Below, piece after piece: positions 36,836 through 47,806 of a DNA stretch of 64,000 nt (the first letter of the stretch is position 1; the number at the start of each line of letters is the position of its first letter). Location: NCBI GenBank assembly GCA_964636285.1, contig CAZWQF010000003.1, positions 69,226 through 133,225 on the forward strand, read 5' to 3'. Position numbers and translations under genes: made by a program. Source of the DNA: an uncultured Candidatus Saccharibacteria bacterium (GTDB taxonomy: Bacteria > Patescibacteriota > WWE3 > UBA101185 > 2-01-FULL-41-18). The notes under the pieces were generated by a model. That model saw only the letters and a program-made list of their open reading frames with translations. It was not told where the DNA came from and ran no database searches.

Positions 36836-37303
36836 TTAGCAACCTTCATTTGCCCTTATAATATCTTTCTCAATAGGGTAGTTAATTCTGAAAAATTTTC
36901 CTTTTTTTGGCGAATTGGCAACAGCAGAAAGACAAAACCCACCTGGAGTTTTTACATACTTAAAGCCGGGGTAAGGGAATATGCCCGTTTCAAGACCCTT
37001 AAGCTCAAAGAACGGGCAGTTACAACTTCTAACACCTCCAAAAACAATTCCTGTGCAGAATGGCGCTTTCCCTAACATCTCGGAGCAACTTGGATATTCA
37101 CCGCTTAAATTAAACTGAATGAGTTCATCTGAAACAGCTTTTGCTTTGTAGTACAGCTGATAGTCATATACTACGGCAGTAACATTTCTTAAATCTGCAA
37201 AATTGATAACAAGCGCAACAAGAACAAATAGAAAAACGACTCCAAGAGTCAATTCCGAAAGGGCAAAACCTTTTGAGAATGGGGATGGGGCAGTTTTTTG
37301 CAT
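36836..37303 (-). CDS. Cys-rich prepilin-like protein
   Basis: 155 aa. SKG|FALSELTLGVVFLFVLVAL leader with Glu at +5. The mature part carries at least 6 Cys. Lies between pilD and the pilin array. Confidence 0.45.
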   Translation of the reverse strand: MQKTAPSPFSKGFALSELTLGVVFLFVLVALVINFADLRNVTAVVYDYQLYYKAKAVSDELIQFNLSGEYPSCSEMLGKAPFCTGIVFGGVRSCNCPFFELKGLETGIFPYPGFKYVKTPGGFCLSAVANSPKKGKFFRINYPIEKDIIRANEGC

Positions 37304-37314
37304 CTTAATCTATT

Positions 37315-38226
37315 CTACAGCATAGATAGGTATCTATTAACAAGGTATTCGCCAAAAAAGAGAGCAACATAGCACCCAAGTATCAAAAACGGTCCAAAAG
37401 GTATGGCTTCCTTCATTCCTTTTTTTCTTAATAAGACTAGTACAATGCTATAAAGTGCTCCAGCCAAAAACGAAGCAAAAAGCATTACTGCAAAGTTTGG
37501 AAAACCGTTTATTAGTCCAAGTAAAAACCCAAGCTTAACATCACCACCACCCATTCCTCTTCCTTTTGTTATAAAGATAAGGAACAGAAAGAAAAGTGAC
37601 ACAAATAATGCCCCACCAATTACCCAAACAAGGTTTACTGCTTCAAATTTAATATGGTTAGTCAAAAATCCCGCTTTTAGCAAGTACTTACCGAATGGGT
37701 CGGAGACAAGACTCTGGTACATCTTATACAGTGCCCAAGTCACAGCGCAAATCCTTGCTACAAGGACAAAAATTATTGCAGGAAACACAATCTTATCTGG
37801 CAAAATCATATCTTTAAGATCTGTTAAAAGTAGTGCTACCAAAAACGAGGCAATAACCAAGTGAAACGCATACGCAATGTAGATAGAAGTATCAGCTGTA
37901 CTGAAAACCCCAAGCCAAACTGCCAAAGCAACAAATAAAGATCCTGTGAGTATCTCAGAAATAGGGTAGTAAGCACTTAGCTTTACGCCACAAGAACTAC
38001 ACTTACCTTTTTGAAGCAAATAGGAGACAACTGGGACCAGTTCCTTGGCTGAAAGCTCCTTATGACAACTTTCACACTCAGATCTCCCCATCACAATAGA
38101 TTTACCTTTGAGCAGCCTATCGGATACAACATTTAAAAACGAGCCTACCAGAGTACCTCCAATGAATATTAAAACGTAATACAACGAATTTGAAGTAACT
38201 ATATAAAGCAAAATATTATTTAGCAC
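37315..38226 (-). CDS. pilD: Prepilin peptidase PilD (A24 family) with an N-terminal Zn-binding CxxC...CxxC domain
   Basis: 303 aa. CESCHKEL...CSSCGVKL tetracysteine motif followed by a polytopic membrane domain with catalytic Asp-containing loops. Confidence 0.82.
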   Translation of the reverse strand: MLNNILLYIVTSNSLYYVLIFIGGTLVGSFLNVVSDRLLKGKSIVMGRSECESCHKELSAKELVPVVSYLLQKGKCSSCGVKLSAYYPISEILTGSLFVALAVWLGVFSTADTSIYIAYAFHLVIASFLVALLLTDLKDMILPDKIVFPAIIFVLVARICAVTWALYKMYQSLVSDPFGKYLLKAGFLTNHIKFEAVNLVWVIGGALFVSLFFLFLIFITKGRGMGGGDVKLGFLLGLINGFPNFAVMLFASFLAGALYSIVLVLLRKKGMKEAIPFGPFLILGCYVALFFGEYLVNRYLSML

Positions 38227-38270
38227 CTAAAGATAATAACAGCAGAAACTGGCAGGATAAAGAAGAAAGC

Positions 38271-38307
38271 CTAAAAAAAGATCCCGCCCCAAAAAATGGG
38301 GCGGAAT
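38271..38307 (-). terminator. Rho-independent terminator downstream of pilA 38338..38844
   Basis: Minus strand: GGATTCCGCCCCattttttGGGGCGGGATC followed by TTTTTTT. Confidence 0.65.
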
Positions 38308-38337
38308 CCGATACTTAATTAACTTTCACCCATCAAA

Positions 38338-38844
38338 TTAGTTGATGAGGGTAAGTGAGGTACCAAGCTCAAAAGCGTTGGCATTGTCTCCTCCGTCTGT
38401 AGACATCTTTGAAGCGTTATCTACATTTTCAAGTGCAGTATTAAGCTCAAAGCTTGTTCCGTCAGATGCAAAGGTATAAACAAGTGTTCCTGTGTTCGTT
38501 GGATCCCTTGGAAGTGTGGCAAGGTACTTTGAAAGACCTGTCTTTCCTGTCGGGACTGTGAACTTAATGTACCCTGCTGTTCCGTTTACTGCTTGAGTAC
38601 CGGAAAGACTGGTACATGTGGTACAACCTGTTGTTGCTGACAAGATTACTTCTCCATCAGCAAGTGCTAACGAGATAGCTTTGTTCAAGTTATCAACGTC
38701 CTGAAGTCTGGCCGAATCCCTGCTTTTTGCAAGAAGTGCGGTTGGGTTGATAGCAACTAGAACTACTCCTGCCAAAATTGCGATAATAGCAATTACGACC
38801 AAAAGCTCTACGAGCGTAAAACCCTTCTGTTTTAATCCATCCAT
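38338..38844 (-). CDS. pilA: Type IV major pilin PilA-like
   Basis: 168 aa. KG|FTLVELLVVIAIIAILAGVVLVAINP...SRDSARLQDV. Strong RBS (AAAGGGGGTGAA) and a strong terminator. Sits directly after pilC. Confidence 0.7.
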   Translation of the reverse strand: MDGLKQKGFTLVELLVVIAIIAILAGVVLVAINPTALLAKSRDSARLQDVDNLNKAISLALADGEVILSATTGCTTCTSLSGTQAVNGTAGYIKFTVPTGKTGLSKYLATLPRDPTNTGTLVYTFASDGTSFELNTALENVDNASKMSTDGGDNANAFELGTSLTLIN

Positions 38845-38863
38845 TACAATTCACCCCCTTTCG

Positions 38864-40069
38864 TTACAAAGAACTTGTAAGCTTATAAATTGGCGTAATA
38901 ATCGAAAGTATCAAAAATAGAACCATAACTCCAAGCATTATTAAAATAATAGGCTCCATAGCCGTAGATAAAGCTTTAATTGATGTCTCGGCGTTGTTCT
39001 TAAAATACTTGGAAAGCCTTTCCATAATTGCATCAAGGGACCCGGTCTCCTCTCCCACAGCAACCATCTGACCTACAACAGGAGGAAAGATTGGTTCCGC
39101 TCTTAAAAACTTTGAGAGGGAAAAACCTTTAGTCACGTTTTTTGCGCCTTGCTCAATTGCAGACCTCATCAGCACGTTATCAACAGCATCCGCAACAATC
39201 TGCAGTGCATCAACAATTGGAATACCTGATGAGATAAGTAAGCTAAAAGTAGAGGTAAACTCAGTTAAATCCTTTTCTTTATAAATTGACCCAAAGACAG
39301 GCAGTGCATAAGAAATTTTAGATAGGTAAATACTACCAATTTCGGTTTTCTTAAAATAATTAAAGGCACTCATTGCACCAAAAATACCAATAAGCATTAA
39401 CCACCAATAGTTAATCATAAACCCAGAAATACCAATTAAGATCTTGGTTGGAAGGGGAAGCTCAGCCCCCAAACTGTTGTACATATTTGAAAGCTTTGGG
39501 ACAACAAAAAGCATCATAACGGCCATAACTCCTACCATTGCTATCATAACGATTGCGGGGTAGATCAAAGCCCCAACAAACTTGGCCTTAAACTCTTGCT
39601 GCTCCTCCATGGTATCTGCAAGCTTCAAAAGAATTTCTTGCATCTTTCCTGACGCCTCTCCAGCTCGCAAAAGTGCTTTATACGTTGGAGAAAAAATTTT
39701 AGGAAATTTACCAATACTGACCGAAAGGGGAGAGCCTCCTTCAACATCCCTAAGGCACTCGGTAATTACCTGCTTCATCTGAACATTTGTAGTCTGCTCG
39801 GAAAGTACTTGCAAAGAGTTTGGAAGAGGAAGACCCGCAGCAACCATGGTAGCTAACTGCCTTGTAAAATTAACCCTCTCTTTTGAAGACACGCCCCTAA
39901 TTGTATTAAGCCTATTTTCAAGACTATTTACATCCTTTTTTGTAATAGAGACAACAAAATAACCTTTTGTTTTAATTAACGAGGCTGCTGCTTGGTCGCT
40001 TGCTGCCTCTACAACCCCATTGATTTGCTTTCCATCTATAGTTTTTGCAATATAGTTAAATACTGGCAT
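38864..40069 (-). CDS. pilC: Type IV pilus platform protein PilC
   Basis: 401 aa with two T2SS_F/GspF repeats and three TM segments. Lies between pilT and pilA. Confidence 0.85.
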   Translation of the reverse strand: MPVFNYIAKTIDGKQINGVVEAASDQAAASLIKTKGYFVVSITKKDVNSLENRLNTIRGVSSKERVNFTRQLATMVAAGLPLPNSLQVLSEQTTNVQMKQVITECLRDVEGGSPLSVSIGKFPKIFSPTYKALLRAGEASGKMQEILLKLADTMEEQQEFKAKFVGALIYPAIVMIAMVGVMAVMMLFVVPKLSNMYNSLGAELPLPTKILIGISGFMINYWWLMLIGIFGAMSAFNYFKKTEIGSIYLSKISYALPVFGSIYKEKDLTEFTSTFSLLISSGIPIVDALQIVADAVDNVLMRSAIEQGAKNVTKGFSLSKFLRAEPIFPPVVGQMVAVGEETGSLDAIMERLSKYFKNNAETSIKALSTAMEPIILIMLGVMVLFLILSIITPIYKLTSSL

Positions 40070-40072
40070 ATT

Positions 40073-41140
40073 CTAGTTTGCTCTCTTTGTTAACCTCGTA
40101 AGCTCTTCTGGCTTTGTGGTATATCTCATGGCTTCGTCTAAAGAAACTCTGTTCTGAGCTACAAGTGAGGCTAGATTTCTCTCCAAAGAAATCATCCCTA
40201 GATCAAAACTTGTAGAAACAACATTATCTATTTGGTGAGATTTTCCTTCTCTAATAAGGTTTCTAACTGCAGGGCTTGAAAGCAGAACCTCAACAGCAGG
40301 CGTTAAACTACCGTCAACCGTAGGAACAAGCCTCTGAGAAACTATCCCCTCAAGAATGGAAGCAAGCTGAATTCTAACCTGTTGTTGCTGAACTTCTGGG
40401 AACACATCAATAATTCTGTCTATTGTTTGTGCCGCAGAGTTTGTGTGAAGCGTTGCAAGAACTAGATGGCCTGTTTCAGCAATTGTTATAGCAGCAGAAA
40501 TTGTCTCAAAATCTCTCATCTCACCAACAACCACAACGTTAGGGTCTTGCCTCAGCACAGATCTTAATGCCACCTCCCACGAGTGCGTATCAAGAAACAT
40601 TTCTCTTTGTTCTATAAGAGATTTGTTATTAGTAAAGACGTACTCTATAGGGTCTTCAATGGTGACGATATGAGCGTCTCTCGTCTTGTTTATTTCGTTT
40701 ATCATTGCTGCAATTGTGGTTGATTTACCATGACCTGTTGGGCCTACAATAAGCACCAGACCTTGATTTAATGTGGATAGAGTCTGGACTATATCCGGAA
40801 CATTTAATTCCGATAGGTCAGGGATCCTAAAAGGAATGACTCTTAACGCTACGCTAGGGTAACCCCTTTGATAAAAAGCGTTAACTCTAAATCTTGATGC
40901 CTTTCCAAGTGAAAACGAAAAGTCTAGGTCCTTGTTCACACTGTAGATTTCTTTTTGCTCTTGGCTCATGAGCTGGTCCAAAAAGTATTCAACGTCCTCA
41001 GCGGAAAGAATGGGGTAGTCCTGCATTGCAATAAGCTTTGAGTTAACCCTCATGATTGGATAATTCCCAGTAACCACGTGCAAATCCGAAGCTCTGTTGT
41101 TTACAACTTTTTCTAAAATTTCATTGGCAGCAAATTTCAT
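40073..41140 (-). CDS. pilT: Twitching-motility retraction ATPase PilT
   Basis: 355 aa. PilT N-terminus (SDLHV..G.P...R.NG), Walker A GPTGHGKSTT, Asp box, Walker B, and His box HLVLATLHTNSAAQT. Confidence 0.85.
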   Translation of the reverse strand: MKFAANEILEKVVNNRASDLHVVTGNYPIMRVNSKLIAMQDYPILSAEDVEYFLDQLMSQEQKEIYSVNKDLDFSFSLGKASRFRVNAFYQRGYPSVALRVIPFRIPDLSELNVPDIVQTLSTLNQGLVLIVGPTGHGKSTTIAAMINEINKTRDAHIVTIEDPIEYVFTNNKSLIEQREMFLDTHSWEVALRSVLRQDPNVVVVGEMRDFETISAAITIAETGHLVLATLHTNSAAQTIDRIIDVFPEVQQQQVRIQLASILEGIVSQRLVPTVDGSLTPAVEVLLSSPAVRNLIREGKSHQIDNVVSTSFDLGMISLERNLASLVAQNRVSLDEAMRYTTKPEELTRLTKRAN

Positions 41141-41152
41141 ATATGTCCTAAA

Positions 41153-42940
41153 TTAATCCTTAGCAACTCTCAATACTTCTTCCATTGTTGTTCCACCCTC
41201 AAGTGCCTTTAGGTAGCCATCTTGAACTAGAGTGACCATACCTTCGGAAACGGCAGTTGTCTCAATATCTGAAGCGGGTTTGTGCTCAAGGATTAATCTT
41301 GAGATTTTGTCGGTCATTGTAAGAACTTCATAAATACCAATTCTTCCAAGGTATCCTGTATTCCCACATTTTTCACAGCCTTTGCCTTTATACAAGACAA
41401 CTTTGTCTTTTTTGAGGAGCTTAATGTCATCTGCAACCATCTGGTCTTCTTTTGGATCTTTTGCAATTGCAGGATTAAGGTATCTTTCAGCTAGAGGGCC
41501 AAGTATTCTCTTAATTTCCTTGACTACTTCTTCGTTTGCCTCATAAGCCTCCTTACAATCCGTACAAATTTTTCTTACAAGTCTTTGCGCAAGAACAGCA
41601 TTAACAGTGGAGGAAAGAAGGAAGTTTTCAACACCCATATCCAAAAGCCTTGGAGGAGCGCCTGCTGCCGAGTTTGTGTGAAGTGTTGCAAGCACTAAGT
41701 GACCTGTAAGAGCGGCCTGAATGGCAAGCGCGGCTGTTTCACCGTCTCTAATCTCTCCCACCATTACTACATTAGGATCTTGCCTAAGAATTGACCTTAA
41801 TCCTGATGCGAATGTTAACCCAGCTTGAGGATTTATCTGAACCTGATTTACCCCAGGAACTCTAATTTCAACAGGGTCCTCAAGTGTAATTATGTTTACC
41901 TTGACCGTATTTAACTTGTATAAAGCTGTTGCAAGCGTGACCGTCTTTCCTGAACCTGTAGGACCGGTAACCAAAATAATTCCGTTTGGTTTAAGTAAAT
42001 TGTCTTCAAACTTTTTTAATGCGTTTCCCCTTAAGCCTAAGTCTTTAAAGCTAAGAACTGTTGACTCGTCCTTCAAAAGCCTAATTACCACTTTTTCACC
42101 TACAACAGTCGGTAGGGTAGAGACTCTTAAATCCGTTTTTGAAGCACCAACTTGGATCTTGAACCTACCATCTTGAGGGATTCTTTTTTCGTCAATTTTA
42201 AGCTGAGAGAGAACTTTGATTCTTGCAACAACTGAGTCGTGAACTTTTTTTGGTAATGAAATTCTTTCCTGCAAAATACCATCGACTCTATATCTGACTC
42301 TTGTTCGATCTTCACCTGGTTCAATATGAATATCTGAAGACTTTAGCTTTACAGCGTACTCCAAAATAGTTCCCACAATTCTTGAAACAGGGGCGTCTCT
42401 TAAAACTTCTCCTGCCTGATCAACATCATTAAGTCTTTCTTCGATTTTTAAAGTCTCCGCAGAAACTTCCTCTAAAGCTGCCTCAACGTGCTCACCAACA
42501 GATCTTCCATACTGTTCATCAATGACTGCGAGTATGTCTTTTTCGGTTGCTATGTAGGTTTTAACCGCAAGGCCAGTTCTCCTTTCAATAAATTCAACGG
42601 CCTGGAGGTCCAGAGGATCAGCCATGGCAACACTGAGCATGCCATCAACCTCTTCAAAAGGTATGAACTTATATTTCTTAGCTACTGTCTGAGGAAAATA
42701 ATCCAAAAATTTAACGTCAAACTGCTTTCCATTTAAATCCACATACGCAAATCCAAAAGCTTCGCCATAAGATCTTGCGTAGTCTTCAGATGAAATATAA
42801 TTTCTTTCTTTTAATATCTGAGTAACTGGTTTACCAGTATTTACATGTTCGAATTTGAGTGCGGAAAGCTGGTCTGAATTAATCAGCTTTTTTTCATAAA
42901 GTATGTCTTCTATTCCGCGCTGTGTATCAAGCTTTTGCAT
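41153..42940 (-). CDS. pilB: Type IV pilus extension ATPase PilB (GspE family)
   Basis: 595 aa. N-terminal GSPII_E_N domain, Walker A GPTGSGKT, and the tetracysteine Zn motif CTDCKEAY...CEKCGNTGY. Confidence 0.88.
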   Translation of the reverse strand: MQKLDTQRGIEDILYEKKLINSDQLSALKFEHVNTGKPVTQILKERNYISSEDYARSYGEAFGFAYVDLNGKQFDVKFLDYFPQTVAKKYKFIPFEEVDGMLSVAMADPLDLQAVEFIERRTGLAVKTYIATEKDILAVIDEQYGRSVGEHVEAALEEVSAETLKIEERLNDVDQAGEVLRDAPVSRIVGTILEYAVKLKSSDIHIEPGEDRTRVRYRVDGILQERISLPKKVHDSVVARIKVLSQLKIDEKRIPQDGRFKIQVGASKTDLRVSTLPTVVGEKVVIRLLKDESTVLSFKDLGLRGNALKKFEDNLLKPNGIILVTGPTGSGKTVTLATALYKLNTVKVNIITLEDPVEIRVPGVNQVQINPQAGLTFASGLRSILRQDPNVVMVGEIRDGETAALAIQAALTGHLVLATLHTNSAAGAPPRLLDMGVENFLLSSTVNAVLAQRLVRKICTDCKEAYEANEEVVKEIKRILGPLAERYLNPAIAKDPKEDQMVADDIKLLKKDKVVLYKGKGCEKCGNTGYLGRIGIYEVLTMTDKISRLILEHKPASDIETTAVSEGMVTLVQDGYLKALEGGTTMEEVLRVAKD

Positions 42941-43040
42941 GGGCAGTCCTTTTAAGTATCTTAATTAGTATTTCACATGCATATGGTGGTGTCAACGAAT
43001 GGCAAACGAATAGATGCAGGGCTATTTGTTGCTTTGACGC

Positions 43041-43046
43041 TATAAT
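43041..43046 (+). promoter_or_regulatory. candidate -10 element (TATAAT) in the pilB/holB divergent region
   Basis: TATAAT sits 19-37 nt upstream of the candidate holB starts. There is no good -35 at canonical spacing (TTGACG is only 1 nt away). Confidence 0.25.
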
Positions 43047-43064
43047 ATAGTCAATAAAAGCCCT

Positions 43065-43730
43065 GTGTGTTATACAAGACGTATGTACGGAACAGCAACA
43101 TTAATTGTAGGAACAAACCCTGAAAAAGTCAGAATTAAAATAGAAGAGATAATGAAAAGCTGTGGCATAGACAGTTTAAAGTCGCCCGATGTTTTTGAGA
43201 TGGCCGGTGAGGCTAAGAGTATAGGTATTGGCGATGTTAAAAACCTCAAGGATTTTCTAATTAAAAAACCATTAACTAGTAAAAATAAGCTTCTAATTGT
43301 GAATAACGCAGAAAAGTTGACTTTAGACGCGCAAAACGCAATGCTGAAAACTCTTGAAGAGCCAAGCTCAACTTCGCATATTGTCTTAATTACGCAACAT
43401 GAAGACAAACTTCTTCCAACAGTTCTGTCTAGGTGCAAAAAGATTCTTTTACCAGAAGAATTTACACCTGACTCTGATACTTTAAAATTAGCTGAAAAGT
43501 TTGTGGGTTCAAAAACCGGGGAAAGATTGTCTTTAATAGAGGAACATAAATCTCAGCTAACGGATAGGGTTGAGGCAATCAAGTTTTTAGATACAGTAAA
43601 TTTTGTTCTTAGGAAAGATCTGAGGGGAGAAAATGCAAAACTAGCCTCCAAGATCTTGCGAGTTCAGGGGGACTTAGCGTCAACGAATGTAAATGTGAGG
43701 CTTGCTCTTGAGTATTTGTCCATGCTATAG
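43065..43730 (+). CDS. holB: DNA polymerase III delta-prime subunit-like (clamp-loader AAA+; start uncertain, alternative 43083)
   Basis: NAMLKTLEEP and SRC (TVLSRC) clamp-loader motifs. There is no intact Walker A, as in delta-prime. Lies upstream of gyrB. Confidence 0.58.
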   Translation: MCYTRRMYGTATLIVGTNPEKVRIKIEEIMKSCGIDSLKSPDVFEMAGEAKSIGIGDVKNLKDFLIKKPLTSKNKLLIVNNAEKLTLDAQNAMLKTLEEPSSTSHIVLITQHEDKLLPTVLSRCKKILLPEEFTPDSDTLKLAEKFVGSKTGERLSLIEEHKSQLTDRVEAIKFLDTVNFVLRKDLRGENAKLASKILRVQGDLASTNVNVRLALEYLSML

Positions 43731-43786
43731 GGCTTAATTTCTTTGAAAAGGCCAATATCTTGGCAAATCGCACCGGTTTCATGTAA

Positions 43787-45769
<1,983 letters not shown>

Positions 45770-45812
45770 TATTCCTTATTTCAGCTATTAAAACTGGGTT
45801 AATGAAGTAGAG

Positions 45813-46310
45813 CTAAAGTACTGTGCAATCTTGCACATTGTCAGAAATATAACCTGCTGAACATGCTGAACTACAATTTACATGTATCTTTCCAGAACCC
45901 ATACTTCCGGTGCCTGTAGATTGATATCTAATATATCTATTTGTGGCTGTCGCCATTGGGACAGACAGACAGTAATCTGTAGGAGTGCCTGGGTTATTAG
46001 GAAAGTAAACATATGAACTTGCATCCGATGGCCAGTTTTGAACGTACTTTGTGTCTGTAGCTGTTAGCTTAGTTTGAGCGTCAGGGTAAACACCTTCCCC
46101 AGCCCTGTAAGCTTCAACTGACTGAACAAGCTTTGAGATATTCCCAACCCTAACGCCGTCCTGAGCTCTTGCTCTTTGTTTTTGAGGGTCTATAACAACA
46201 AGCAAAACGCCAGACATAATTCCAATGATTGTGACAACAATTAAAAGCTCAATAAGAGTAAAACCTGAAGATTTGGAAAAAAGCTTTTTAAGCTTGGCAG
46301 TTGAAAACAT
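45813..46310 (-). CDS. PilA-like type IV pilin, unlinked copy
   Basis: SSG|FTLIELLIVVTIIGIMSGVLLVVIDP...ARAQDG, the same family as the 34-38 kb array. Start at MFSTAKLKK; the ORF track extends to 46337. Confidence 0.58.
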   Translation of the reverse strand: MFSTAKLKKLFSKSSGFTLIELLIVVTIIGIMSGVLLVVIDPQKQRARAQDGVRVGNISKLVQSVEAYRAGEGVYPDAQTKLTATDTKYVQNWPSDASSYVYFPNNPGTPTDYCLSVPMATATNRYIRYQSTGTGSMGSGKIHVNCSSACSAGYISDNVQDCTVL

Positions 46311-46449
46311 TACTTCTAATAATAGATAACATACCAAGCTAAATCAACAACAAGATTCCTCTTGAGCATGGCACTAATTTGTGCCAGAATACTCAGTCTT
46401 ACTTTATTGATTTGGTAAGACAGGAAGAGTAAAGTATTACTCACTGCCT

Positions 46450-47394
46450 ATGAGGATTTATGTTGTAGGGCATAAGTCACCGGACCTTGATGCTACATCA
46501 GCGCCGGTTGCATATGTCGAGTACCTTACAAAAGTCAAAAGATACAAAGACGCGGAAATAATTCCAGCGGTTGTTGATGACACAAATAAAGAGACTGCTT
46601 TTGTTTTTCAAAAGTACAACCTTCTAAGACCAAGACTTCTAGCAATAGAGGAGATTAAGCCTGAAGATAAAATCATTCTAGTTGATCATAACGAAGAAGA
46701 TCAGCGAATGGACGATTTAAACAACGAGCAGGTAATAGAAATTGTTGACCATCACAAGGTAAAACTTGATTTTGGACACCCAATTAGACTTGATATAAGG
46801 CCATTTGGTTCGGTGTGCTCAGTTATTTATGAAAACTTTGTTAAAGACGAGCTTAAACCATCAAGAGAAGTGATGGGGCTAATTCTTTGTTCGATACTCT
46901 CTGATACACAAGGCCTGAAGTCATCAACCACCACAAAATGGGATGCAAAAGCAGCACACGATCTGGCTTACGAACTTGATGAGGACCTAGATCAACTTAC
47001 TTTTGATATATTCAAGGCAAAATCAGATATGACTGGCCTTTCGCCTGAACAAATTGTTAAGAAAGACTACAAGATTTTTGATTTCTCTAGAATTAAAGTG
47101 TTCATAGGGCAAGTTGAGACTGTAGAGCCTGAGAATATATTCGCAGTGAAAGATCAGGTCATAGAAGCCATGATCAAAGTTAAGGCAACCGAAGGGGTTG
47201 ACCACATTTTCTTAACAGTTACAGACATTCTTAAAGTAAACTCTGTAGTTTTTTACAACACTGATGAAGATAAAGCAGTGCTTGAAGAAGCGTTTAAGAG
47301 CATTGGAAACGACCATGTTATAAATATTGGTCCAAAGATGTCTAGAAAGAAGGATATTGCCCCTCCTATAGAAGATGCACTCAGATACAAATAA
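46450..47394 (+). CDS. ppaC: Mn-dependent (family II) inorganic pyrophosphatase-like DHH/DHHA2 phosphoesterase
   Basis: 314 aa. VVGHKSPDLDATSAPVAY, LVDHNE, VDHHK and a C-terminal DHHA2 domain match the PpaC architecture. Confidence 0.65.
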   Translation: MRIYVVGHKSPDLDATSAPVAYVEYLTKVKRYKDAEIIPAVVDDTNKETAFVFQKYNLLRPRLLAIEEIKPEDKIILVDHNEEDQRMDDLNNEQVIEIVDHHKVKLDFGHPIRLDIRPFGSVCSVIYENFVKDELKPSREVMGLILCSILSDTQGLKSSTTTKWDAKAAHDLAYELDEDLDQLTFDIFKAKSDMTGLSPEQIVKKDYKIFDFSRIKVFIGQVETVEPENIFAVKDQVIEAMIKVKATEGVDHIFLTVTDILKVNSVVFYNTDEDKAVLEEAFKSIGNDHVINIGPKMSRKKDIAPPIEDALRYK

Positions 47395-47758
47395 CCAAAC
47401 AACATCAGAGAACACAAAGGCGGAAGAAAAGGTTGTATGTACAATTGATGACCTTGCAAAACTGGATATTAGAATTGGAACGATTGAGCTAGCAGAGAGG
47501 GCAGAGGGAGCAGACAAGCTCCTTAAACTTATCATCAACTTTGGAAGTGAAAAAAGACAAATCATGAGCGCAATAGCTGAGTATTACCCAAACCCACAAG
47601 TGCTTGTAGGAAAGCAGATTCCTGCTCTATTAAACATAGAATTCAGAAAATTTAGGGGGCATGAAAGCCAGGGAATGATTATAGCTACGGATGCTGATGG
47701 CAAAGTAGTGTTTTTGACCCCGGAAAACATAATTCCTAACGGATCTTCGTTAAAATAG
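47375..47758 (+). CDS. Stand-alone tRNA-binding domain protein (Trbp111/CsaA-like, OB-fold)
   Basis: KLDIRIGTIELAERAEGADKLLKLIINFG...VGKQIPALLNIEFRKFRGHESQGMIIA matches the tRNA_bind domain. Overlaps the ppaC 3' end by 20 nt. Confidence 0.62.
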   Translation: MHSDTNNQTTSENTKAEEKVVCTIDDLAKLDIRIGTIELAERAEGADKLLKLIINFGSEKRQIMSAIAEYYPNPQVLVGKQIPALLNIEFRKFRGHESQGMIIATDADGKVVFLTPENIIPNGSSLK

Positions 47759-47806
47759 GGTTTACCTTGATACCACGCAATAGACCTGCTAAAATCTTCT
47801 AGTCTT

